Source of the DNA: Bacteroidota bacterium
GTDB lineage: Bacteria > Bacteroidota > Bacteroidia > JAADEI01
Direction: 5' to 3'
Length of the DNA stretch: 32,256 bases
Assembly (NCBI GenBank): GCA_015490475.1
Contig: WFXT01000188.1
Location: 1-32,256 of the forward strand
Shown piece by piece: positions 7,274 through 14,946 of the stretch (the stretch's first letter is position 1; each line of letters begins with the position of its first letter). The position numbers and the translations under genes were made by a program. A model generated the notes under the pieces. That model saw nothing but the letters and a program-made list of their open reading frames with translations, did no database searches and was not told where the DNA came from.

Positions 7274-9602
7274 CTCCGCGATGTCTGTGTCCTCCTCGCT
7301 TCGGCTGATGGGGTCTGCCTTGTTGTTTTGGTCTTTGTTGCATATGACGTCGTCCGGTATGATGTTGGTGAACTTTTTGATTTTGTCTCGTAGGCGTCCC
7401 CTCCGTTTCAAAACTTCTTTGTTGTGACGTGTGTTCTTTACGTTGAGGAACTTGCTGTAGCTGCTCTGGTTCTTCAGGTTTAGGAATAAGGGCTTTTCTG
7501 GATAACTTATAGCGCCCCGTGCCTTCTTCTATCTCAATGAGCTTTACTTTTATTTTGTCTCCTACCTTCAAAATTTGCGAAATATCATTAATGTGCTTCC
7601 AGTCTATTTCAGAGATATGCAACAAGCCAATTTTACCTGGCATGAATTCCACCAGTGCTCCAAACGGCTTCAATTCTTTCACTTCACCCTCATATACTTC
7701 GCCTTCTTCAGGCATTTGAGTCATAAGATTAATGTGTTCCGCTGCTGCTTCCACCGCATCTTGCGATTGTCCAGTAATATATACTTTACCCTGGTCTTCT
7801 TCTGGTTCTATGTATATCGTCGTTCCTGTTTTCTCTTGCAATTCTTGAATGGTTCTTCCGGAAGGACCTATAACAAGACCTATCAACTCTTTCGGGATAA
7901 GGACAACTTTAGAACGTGGAACATGGGGCTTTAATTCTTTTCTTGGCTCAGGGATTACTTTTTCCAGTATATCAAGTATTTCCATTCTCGCTTTACGAGC
8001 TTGCTCTAATGCGTTCATTAAAATTTCCTCCGTGATACCACTTATTTTTATATCCATTTGGCAGGCGGTTATTCCGTCTCTTGTCCCAGCTACTTTAAAG
8101 TCCATATCACCAATATGGTCTTCATCTCCCAGAATGTCTGTCAAGATTGCATATTGTCCTGTATCCGGGTCAAAAATGAGTCCCATAGCGATACCCGCAA
8201 CATGTTTCTTAATTGGAACTCCGGCATCCATTAAAGCAAGTGATCCTGCACATACAGTAGCCATAGAAGATGAACCGTTTGATTCAAGAATATCAGATAC
8301 GACACGTACAGTGTAAGGCAAATCATCTTCTGGGGGCATAACACCCTTTAAAGCTCTATATGCAAGATTTCCGTGTCCTATCTCACGCCTTGAAGGTCCA
8401 CGCAGTGGTTTTATTTCTCCAGTGGAAAAAGGTGGAAAGTTGTAATGAACCATAAATTTCGTCTCTTCCTGAATAGTTGGTGTATCAATCAATTGAACAT
8501 CTAAGCGGGAACCTAAGGTAACCGTTGCAAGAGCTTGTGTCTCTCCTCGTGTAAATATAGATGAACCGTGAGTAGCAGGAAGCACATCAACTTCAGCCCA
8601 GATGGGTCTTATTTCGTCAGTTTTCCTTCCATCAATACGGACACCTTTTTCTAATATTAGCTTCCTCATTAATTTCTTCTCCAAGTCGTGAATATATTTG
8701 TTAATCAACAGGCTACTTTCTTTCTTTTCTTCAGGCAATGCCTCAACAAACTCTTCTTTTATTTTCTTAAGTTTTTCACGTCTTTCTTGTTTGGAAGTAG
8801 GGTTGGTAAAAACTTCCATTATTTTATCTGAAAGCTGCTCTTCAACGAGACGCCTCAATTCTTCATCTTCTCCGATAGATTGATACTCTCTAACTTTTCT
8901 ACCACCTTTCAATTGAACAAGCTTCTCTTGTGCTTCAACAAGTTTTTTAATGGCTTCATGAGCATAACTTAGAGCTTCAACCATTTCTTTTTCAGAAACT
9001 TCTTGCATTTCTCCTTCCACCATTACAATGTACTCACGAGTTCCGCCAACAACTATATTTATATCAGCACGCTCCATTTCATCTTCCGAAGGATTAATCA
9101 CAAGTTTTCCATCCACTCGTGCCACCCGAACCTCAGCCATAGGACCATTAAACGGTATATCAGATACCCATATAGCAGCACTGGCGGCTAATCCAGCCAA
9201 TGCATCTGGTGGAACATTCTCATCGGCAGAAAAAAGAGTTATTTTAACTTGAGTTTCGGCATAGTAATCATCAGGGAACAAGGGCCTCAATGCCCTATCC
9301 ACAAGCCTACTCACCAATATTTCGTGTTCAGAAAGTTTGCCCTCACGCTTGAAGAAACCGCCAGGAAATCTCCCTGCTGCAGAAAACTTTTCCTGATAGT
9401 CAACAGTTAAAGGAAAGAAATCCACTCCCTCCTTTAATTCCTTACTAGAAACAACAGTAGCTAAGAGAACTGTCTTGCCACACCTAACCAATGCAGAGCC
9501 ATCTGCTTGCTTAGCTAACTTTCCTGTTTCTATAATTATTTCCTTCCCATCAATTTCAACGCTTACGCTATATGGTTTGGGCGGTTCCACCATTACTGCC
9601 AT
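7251..9602 (-). CDS. pnp: Polyribonucleotide nucleotidyltransferase (PNPase) with a His/Gln/Arg/Pro-rich C-terminal extension
   Basis: The N-terminus has the IETGKLAKQADGSALV block. Two RNase PH domains are present (FPGGFFKREG, SRREIGHGNLAYRAL, MDFKVAGT). A KH domain (LVIGPSGRTIQELQEKTG) and an S1 domain (GEVKELKPFGALVEFMPGKIGLLHISEI) follow. The start is set at Met21 of the listed ORF (MAVMVEPPKPY). Met24 (9593) is an alternative. Confidence 0.95.
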   Translation of the reverse strand: MAVMVEPPKPYSVSVEIDGKEIIIETGKLAKQADGSALVRCGKTVLLATVVSSKELKEGVDFFPLTVDYQEKFSAAGRFPGGFFKREGKLSEHEILVSRLVDRALRPLFPDDYYAETQVKITLFSADENVPPDALAGLAASAAIWVSDIPFNGPMAEVRVARVDGKLVINPSEDEMERADINIVVGGTREYIVMVEGEMQEVSEKEMVEALSYAHEAIKKLVEAQEKLVQLKGGRKVREYQSIGEDEELRRLVEEQLSDKIMEVFTNPTSKQERREKLKKIKEEFVEALPEEKKESSLLINKYIHDLEKKLMRKLILEKGVRIDGRKTDEIRPIWAEVDVLPATHGSSIFTRGETQALATVTLGSRLDVQLIDTPTIQEETKFMVHYNFPPFSTGEIKPLRGPSRREIGHGNLAYRALKGVMPPEDDLPYTVRVVSDILESNGSSSMATVCAGSLALMDAGVPIKKHVAGIAMGLIFDPDTGQYAILTDILGDEDHIGDMDFKVAGTRDGITACQMDIKISGITEEILMNALEQARKARMEILDILEKVIPEPRKELKPHVPRSKVVLIPKELIGLVIGPSGRTIQELQEKTGTTIYIEPEEDQGKVYITGQSQDAVEAAAEHINLMTQMPEEGEVYEGEVKELKPFGALVEFMPGKIGLLHISEIDWKHINDISQILKVGDKIKVKLIEIEEGTGRYKLSRKALIPKPEEPEQLQQVPQRKEHTSQQRSFETEGTPTRQNQKVHQHHTGRRHMQQRPKQQGRPHQPKRGGHRHRGDDDLYSF

Positions 9603-9690
9603 ACTCACATTATTTTGTGTTATACTCCATCTACAATGCTTAAAAGTAGTGCACTTATGCAATTAACCTTAACCAGAACAAAAGTGTTAA

Positions 9691-9972
9691 TCAACCTCTT
9701 AAACCAAGTTTGTGGACTATGTTACGATATCTGTTAAAGTCCTTTTTCTTCAAGTAGTTAAGCATTCGGCGTCTTTTACCAACCAGCATTTTAAGTGCTC
9801 TAAGTGTTCTGTAATCCTTAGGATGCTGACGCAAATGTTGTGTGAGATGCCTAATCCGGTATGTCCACAATGCAATTTGAGCCTCGGGCATTCCCGGATT
9901 ATACTCTCCAACAACGTCTTTAATGATTTTCTCTTTTTCTTCCTTTGTTAAATAAGACCCACTAACGCTCAT
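9691..9972 (-). CDS. rpsO: 30S ribosomal protein S15
   Basis: 93-aa ORF with the S15 core LTQHLRQHPKDYRTLRALKMLVGKRRRMLNYLKKKD. It sits in the classical rpsO-pnp tandem arrangement, 88 nt upstream of the pnp start as called. A TACCTTTG box lies 18 nt upstream. Confidence 0.95.
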   Translation of the reverse strand: MSVSGSYLTKEEKEKIIKDVVGEYNPGMPEAQIALWTYRIRHLTQHLRQHPKDYRTLRALKMLVGKRRRMLNYLKKKDFNRYRNIVHKLGLRG

Positions 9973-9990
9973 ACTTCCTCTTTTGTCCTA

Positions 9991-9998
9991 CAAAGGTA
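9991..9998 (-). promoter_or_regulatory. Candidate -7 box (TAnnTTTG) for rpsO-pnp
   Basis: The plus strand reads CAAAGGTA, which is TACCTTTG on the minus strand. It is separated by 18 nt from the rpsO ATG (9972). Confidence 0.45.
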
Positions 9999-10009
9999 AA
10001 ACACAAGCA

Positions 10010-10261
10010 TTAATCGGAAGGTTCCTGTGTCTCTGAAACAGAAGAAAGTAGATCAATAGCCTGCGAATAATATTGTTCCGGAACAAGCACTTTAATTGTA
10101 GCATTACGGTGTAAGTATCTTATCATATAGGCGGAGTCCAGTTGGTTATAAATCACAACGGGAATTTCGTTAGATTCAAGGATTCCTTTAATAAGATGGG
10201 CTTTAAATTCATCCATGCCCTCCCAAACTATGTTCCAACCTTTGCGGATTTCTGGCGCCAT
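10010..10261 (-). CDS. DUF2007-like small protein (putative signal-transducing protein fold)
   Basis: 83 aa. The N-terminal pattern KGWNIVWEGMDEFKAHLIKGILESNEIPVVIYNQLDS matches the W-x-V...E(A)..IK..LE..GI...I.N..DS opening I recall for DUF2007 proteins. This supports the long start, which overlaps the upstream CPBP gene by 34 nt. Confidence 0.55.
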   Translation of the reverse strand: MAPEIRKGWNIVWEGMDEFKAHLIKGILESNEIPVVIYNQLDSAYMIRYLHRNATIKVLVPEQYYSQAIDLLSSVSETQEPSD

Positions 10262-11361
10262 ATTCCAAGAATTATTATTCCAGCAATGACTAAAACTCCA
10301 CCTATTATGCCGTATAAATCAGGGACATGGAATTCCTGAGGGTTAACAATTTGCAATTTACCCTGTCTGAATAGAAAATGGACTGCCACAGGAACAGAAT
10401 TAAATAATGTATGAACAATAATGGGCATCCATATAGTCCCACTGTAAATGTATAAATATCCCAAAACCAAACCCATTACGAAAATGGGAATAAACTGAGA
10501 AACTGAAAAGTGCAATAAAGCAAACAGAAGAGCAGATACAAACACAGCAAAATGCACAGTGTTAGTAGTTTCATGCAGGTATTTTAGAAATGTCCCTCTG
10601 AAAATGAGTTCTTCTGCAATAGCAGGCAATACCGCCATGATCAATAGTGCATTCCACATTGACTCTGTGGTAGCCTCTGGAACCCACAATAATAAAGCCA
10701 GATTACCCTGCCTCATTACATCCAACGCTTTGAATTTATCTACCAGGTTCTGTGGAATCCATTGAGAAGTGACGTCCATGAGCCAGTAAGTAAATGGAAC
10801 ACTACCTACCACAACAAGCACAATGGACAACCATGCTACTGGGCTTATTGGAAAGCGCCATAGGTCTGAAAAATGTCCGAATAAAAGCATGGCAAACAAA
10901 GCGGGAATCAGAAAAGCGACAGCAGTCTGAACAATAAGTTGATATTTCACAAGCTCATACAGTTGTGTAAGGTAAGTATGCCCTTCTAATAACTTAACTT
11001 CGTCTTTCCACACATTTGCTAATAATGAATCTGCCCTCTCATTTGACCACGACAAGTTTTCTGCCATTTGATAAAATTCTTGCCATGGCACAAGGGCAAG
11101 GTCTCCTTCTGAAATGTTGAATTTAGTTACCGTCGTAGAATAGAGAATCAAATAAGCCACGGCGAAACCCACTCCTGCTAAGGCTATAATAGAAATTAGC
11201 CTTACAATTGGCGGGACATATAATCCCGCGTGTGCAGAAGCCCCCTGATTATTTGCATTACCCATATAGCGTGCTATTTTTGTAAATATACGAATTTTCC
11301 TATTAACGCATTTGGGACGGAACTCATTATGTTCTGAGTTGTCTTTTGATAAAGTGGACAT
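10228..11361 (-). CDS. CPBP (CAAX/Abi) family intramembrane glutamic endopeptidase
   Basis: Multi-pass membrane protein with the three CPBP motifs: AIAEELIFRG, FALLHF and IIVHTLFNS. The start is uncertain. An internal Met33 (MGNANNQ, coordinate 11265) would leave a more realistic divergent promoter space than the 17 nt implied by 11361. Confidence 0.8.
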   Translation of the reverse strand: MSTLSKDNSEHNEFRPKCVNRKIRIFTKIARYMGNANNQGASAHAGLYVPPIVRLISIIALAGVGFAVAYLILYSTTVTKFNISEGDLALVPWQEFYQMAENLSWSNERADSLLANVWKDEVKLLEGHTYLTQLYELVKYQLIVQTAVAFLIPALFAMLLFGHFSDLWRFPISPVAWLSIVLVVVGSVPFTYWLMDVTSQWIPQNLVDKFKALDVMRQGNLALLLWVPEATTESMWNALLIMAVLPAIAEELIFRGTFLKYLHETTNTVHFAVFVSALLFALLHFSVSQFIPIFVMGLVLGYLYIYSGTIWMPIIVHTLFNSVPVAVHFLFRQGKLQIVNPQEFHVPDLYGIIGGVLVIAGIIILGIWRQKSAKVGT

Positions 11362-11378
11362 AAATCAAGAACCTTTCA

Positions 11379-12083
11379 GTGATGAAAGAAGTAAAGGAAA
11401 AAGCCCAGAAAGGGATATTTTCCAGCAAGTATGTTAACGAATTTAAGAGCTACAGGATTTATAAAGAATTTGGACCTGGCGAGAAATTTGACAAAATAAG
11501 GCGTAAAAACACTTTCTGGAAGGAAATCACAGAAGCAATAGCAGTCAGAAACCGCATCAAAAGGTTTTTATTAAGAAACAAAAATGCTAACATTAAGTAC
11601 ATCCTTGACTTAGGATGTGGCAAGGGATTGCTTACCTTACTTTCTGCTTTATTCCACAAGAACCTGCACATATTTTGCATAGACACCGATGAGACAGCCA
11701 ACAGAGACTATATGCACTATTTAAACAATGCTTCCTTTGTCAAAATGGACATCAAAAGTCCGGAACTGGAAAAATTTATTGACTCGCTTGACGGCAACAT
11801 TGTTATGGCAGGTATTCACTTATGTACTGACTTAGCAATCAGATTCCTTGATCTACACAAGAAGTTTGATAAGATAAAATTTAGCGTTCTGGTGCCCTGT
11901 TGTATTGGCAAATTCCCACATTCCAAATTCAGGTTTATAATTAGAGAGATGGGCATTTATGAAGGATGGTGTGCATATTTGTCATGCATTGCGGGACCCG
12001 GTAAGGTAATCACTGACCGAGACACAGGGATTTTATCCGACAAAAACATAGTTATTTCAATAGACAGGCTTGAAACGGAATAA
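11379..12083 (+). CDS. Class I SAM-dependent methyltransferase, Methyltransf_32 / Trm13-like
   Basis: SAM motif I is ILDLGCGKGLLT. The downstream blocks MAGIHLCTDLAIRFL and VLVPCCIGKF resemble the (G)LH(A/L)CGDL ... CC(Y) blocks I recall from METTL25/Trm13-type enzymes. The GTG at 11379 is immediately followed by an ATG at 11382, and either may be the start. Confidence 0.65.
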   Translation: MMKEVKEKAQKGIFSSKYVNEFKSYRIYKEFGPGEKFDKIRRKNTFWKEITEAIAVRNRIKRFLLRNKNANIKYILDLGCGKGLLTLLSALFHKNLHIFCIDTDETANRDYMHYLNNASFVKMDIKSPELEKFIDSLDGNIVMAGIHLCTDLAIRFLDLHKKFDKIKFSVLVPCCIGKFPHSKFRFIIREMGIYEGWCAYLSCIAGPGKVITDRDTGILSDKNIVISIDRLETE

Positions 12084-12100
12084 CCAAACGTCACACACTT

Positions 12101-14875
12101 ATGTTTGAACATGGTGCCATAGAAGTAATCAACGCAAGAACTCACAATCTGAAGAATGTTTGCATAAAGCTACCAAGATATAAACTAATTGCCATCACGG
12201 GTGTAAGTGGCTCTGGCAAAACATCCCTTGCCATTGATACAATTTATGCAGAGGGACACAGGCGCTACACAGAAAGTTTGTCCACATATGCACGGCAATT
12301 TTTTCAGCGTGTGCAGGGTCCTGATGTTGATGACATCAAAGGTTTGTCTCCTGCTATTGTTCTACAGCAAAAAAATCCCTCCCATAACCCGCGCTCTATA
12401 GTTGGGACAGCAACTGAGATATATGACTTTTTGCGAACATTATTTGCGCGAGTAAGCACATTAATAGACCCAGAAAGTGGCATTGAAATAAAACCGTGGG
12501 AACCCGCTCAGGTTACAGAATACATATTACGAAATTTTAAATCAGCCGACCACATACTAATAGGATTTCCCATCAAGGTTAAATTACAAAACTTAGAACC
12601 CGATGAGTTAAGGCGATTGGGTGTAAGAAGAATCTGGTATAATAACGTAATATACCCTCTGGAAGTCTTGAGCGACATACTTGCAGGAAAATCTCTTGAA
12701 AGTAAAATATTTGCCATTATTGACCGTATTCCTTTTTCACAACCGCTTCAGGTAAAAGAGAGGCTACTTAACTCTATAAAGTCTTCATTTGATATAGCCA
12801 ATAGCGTTGTTATTATATACGACGGTAAGACTCTCTTTTTCAGCAAACACAGGGAAACGCTAACAAAACAATTTCCACCTCCATCGGAAGACCTATTTAG
12901 TTTCACAAGTCCGCAGGGTGCCTGTCCAGAATGCAACGGCTTTGGTAACATACTTGTCCTTGATAAAACCAAGATATTTGACTATTCAAAAAGCCTTCGC
13001 TTTGGGGCTATCAAGCCATGGCGATGGCAATACTACTATTTGCTTGAAGATATACTATGGTTTGCCCAGAAAAAAGGCATAAACATAGACAAACCATTTG
13101 GACAGTTGTCTCCGGAAGAACAAGAATTAATCTGGGAAGGGGCTCCCGAAGAAGGCATCACGGGGGTCAAGCAATTCTTTGAATCTCTTGAATTATCAAG
13201 ATATGACATTAATGCCAGAGTAACACTATCAAAGTATAGAAGTGCTATTACTTGTCCGTCTTGCCGTGGTGTAAGATTGCGTTCAGAAGCACTGGCATAC
13301 AAAGTAAATGGTTATTCCATAGGTGACATGTTAAGTATGAGCATAAGTGAATTGCATAACATTATACAATCGTGGGAATTTCCTCCAGAGCAAGCGAAAC
13401 TGGTTAATATAGTCATTGAAGAAATACTCTCCAGAACACAGTACCTGATTGATTTGGGACTTGGATATTTGACTCTGAACAGGGAAACGAGGACTCTATC
13501 AGGAGGTGAGATGCAAAGAATCCAACTGGCTCGCTTTATGCGTTCTTCACTTATACACACTCTCTTTGTGCTTGATGAACCGAGCGTAGGGCTTCATCCT
13601 GCAGACACCCAACGATTAATTAAAGCCCTCCACAGACTTAGGGACTTACGCAACACTATCATTGTAGTGGAACACGACCAAGATGTTATTAAATCAGCAG
13701 ACTATGTGATAGAGATGGGACCCGGCAGTGGGCGTAATGGTGGTCAGGTCATTTTTGCAGGAACTGTGCAAGACTTGAAAAAAACAGAAACAAGTCTCAC
13801 AGGAAAGTATTTAAGTGGCAAACTGAAAATAGGCAAAATCATTCCAGAGATAAATGATGAGTCAAAAGGGTATTTCATCTTGAAAGGGGCTTCCTTAAAC
13901 AACCTTAAAAATATTGATGTCAGCATTCCTTATGGTAGAATCACTGTTATCAGTGGTGTTAGTGGTTCTGGTAAAACATCGCTTGTAAAAGGACTTCTAT
14001 ATCCTGCTCTGTTAGGTGAACTGCCTGAAGAATTGGAAAGTTTTGAGATCTACGGCGACATTCCTGACCTTCAAGTTGAATTAATGGACCAGGGATTTAC
14101 TTACAAAAACAAGAGGTCCTCCCCTGTAACATACATAAAGGTTTTTGACAAGATAAGGAAATTGTTTGCTTCAACACCCAAAGCACAACAGGCAGGTATT
14201 AAAGACTCCTTTTTCTCTCCTAACAGGCCAGGTGGCAGATGCGAAACATGCCAGGGTGAAGGGGTCGTTAGGGTGGAAATGCAATTTCTGGCAGATGTAG
14301 AACTGGTGTGTGAAGAGTGCAAAGGAACAGGATTTCAAAGTTTTATCCTTGACATAACACTCAATGGTAAAAACATCCACGAAGTATTAAATTTTACCAT
14401 TGACGAAGCAATTGATTTCTTTTCTGAATATGAAGACATAGTGAAGCCATTGCAAACCATCCAACAGGTAGGGTTGGGTTACCTGCTATTAGGTCAGCCA
14501 TTAACAACTTTATCCGCAGGGGAAGCACAGAGGCTTAGAATGGCTCGTTACCTTAATGTAGTCAAACAAAAACCTACAGTGCTAATATTTGATGAGCCAA
14601 CCATTGGTCTTCATCAGGCAGATATAAGCAAACTACTTAATGCGTGGAAAACTCTAATAGAGAAAAATCCTGACGTTACCATTGTTGTCATTGAACACAA
14701 TTTAGATGTGATTTGGAATGCCCACTGGATGATTGAGTTGGGACCTGGCAGTGGTCCCGATGGTGGAAAGATTATCTTTACTGGAACTCCCGAAGATGCA
14801 ATTAAGTCTCCTTCTTCATTAACAGGGAAATATCTTGCAAGACACATAAACCAGCTTGCTAATACAAGCGTGTAA
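12101..14875 (+). CDS. uvrA: UvrA-family excinuclease ABC ATPase subunit (divergent, possibly a paralogue)
   Basis: Tandem ABC modules are present. Walker A is GVSGSGKTSL in both. Signatures are LSGGEMQRIQLA and LSAGEAQRLRMA. Walker B is LDEPSVGLH and FDEPTIGLH. UvrA-specific blocks are ARTHNLKN, YAEGHRRYTESLSTYARQF and SHNPRS. CxxC pairs are ACPECNGFG, TCPSCRGVRL and CETCQGEG...CEECKG. Confidence 0.85.
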   Translation: MFEHGAIEVINARTHNLKNVCIKLPRYKLIAITGVSGSGKTSLAIDTIYAEGHRRYTESLSTYARQFFQRVQGPDVDDIKGLSPAIVLQQKNPSHNPRSIVGTATEIYDFLRTLFARVSTLIDPESGIEIKPWEPAQVTEYILRNFKSADHILIGFPIKVKLQNLEPDELRRLGVRRIWYNNVIYPLEVLSDILAGKSLESKIFAIIDRIPFSQPLQVKERLLNSIKSSFDIANSVVIIYDGKTLFFSKHRETLTKQFPPPSEDLFSFTSPQGACPECNGFGNILVLDKTKIFDYSKSLRFGAIKPWRWQYYYLLEDILWFAQKKGINIDKPFGQLSPEEQELIWEGAPEEGITGVKQFFESLELSRYDINARVTLSKYRSAITCPSCRGVRLRSEALAYKVNGYSIGDMLSMSISELHNIIQSWEFPPEQAKLVNIVIEEILSRTQYLIDLGLGYLTLNRETRTLSGGEMQRIQLARFMRSSLIHTLFVLDEPSVGLHPADTQRLIKALHRLRDLRNTIIVVEHDQDVIKSADYVIEMGPGSGRNGGQVIFAGTVQDLKKTETSLTGKYLSGKLKIGKIIPEINDESKGYFILKGASLNNLKNIDVSIPYGRITVISGVSGSGKTSLVKGLLYPALLGELPEELESFEIYGDIPDLQVELMDQGFTYKNKRSSPVTYIKVFDKIRKLFASTPKAQQAGIKDSFFSPNRPGGRCETCQGEGVVRVEMQFLADVELVCEECKGTGFQSFILDITLNGKNIHEVLNFTIDEAIDFFSEYEDIVKPLQTIQQVGLGYLLLGQPLTTLSAGEAQRLRMARYLNVVKQKPTVLIFDEPTIGLHQADISKLLNAWKTLIEKNPDVTIVVIEHNLDVIWNAHWMIELGPGSGPDGGKIIFTGTPEDAIKSPSSLTGKYLARHINQLANTSV

Positions 14876-14885
14876 GGCAAACTTT

Positions 14886-14893
14886 TACATTTG
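14886..14893 (+). promoter_or_regulatory. Candidate -7 box (TAnnTTTG) for the FG-GAP/T9SS cargo gene
   Basis: Exact TACATTTG, separated by 53 nt from the ATG at 14947. Confidence 0.4.
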
Positions 14894-14946
14894 CAACAGG
14901 ACATTAAAATGTTTAATTTTATGAATAACAGGAATTAGCATTTACA

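Noticed and set aside
7274-7411. The upstream 46-codon extension of the listed 356-aa ORF (MKRRGRLRDK...).
   Set aside because: It lies entirely within the pnp reading frame region and is hydrophilic. It would bury the lipoprotein signal peptide, which starts at Met47/48. I treat it as an open-frame artefact.
12100-12107. An exact TAnnTTTG match (TATGTTTG) at the uvrA start.
   Set aside because: It contains the uvrA ATG itself, and no in-frame start lies just downstream. It cannot be this gene's -7 box and is coincidental.
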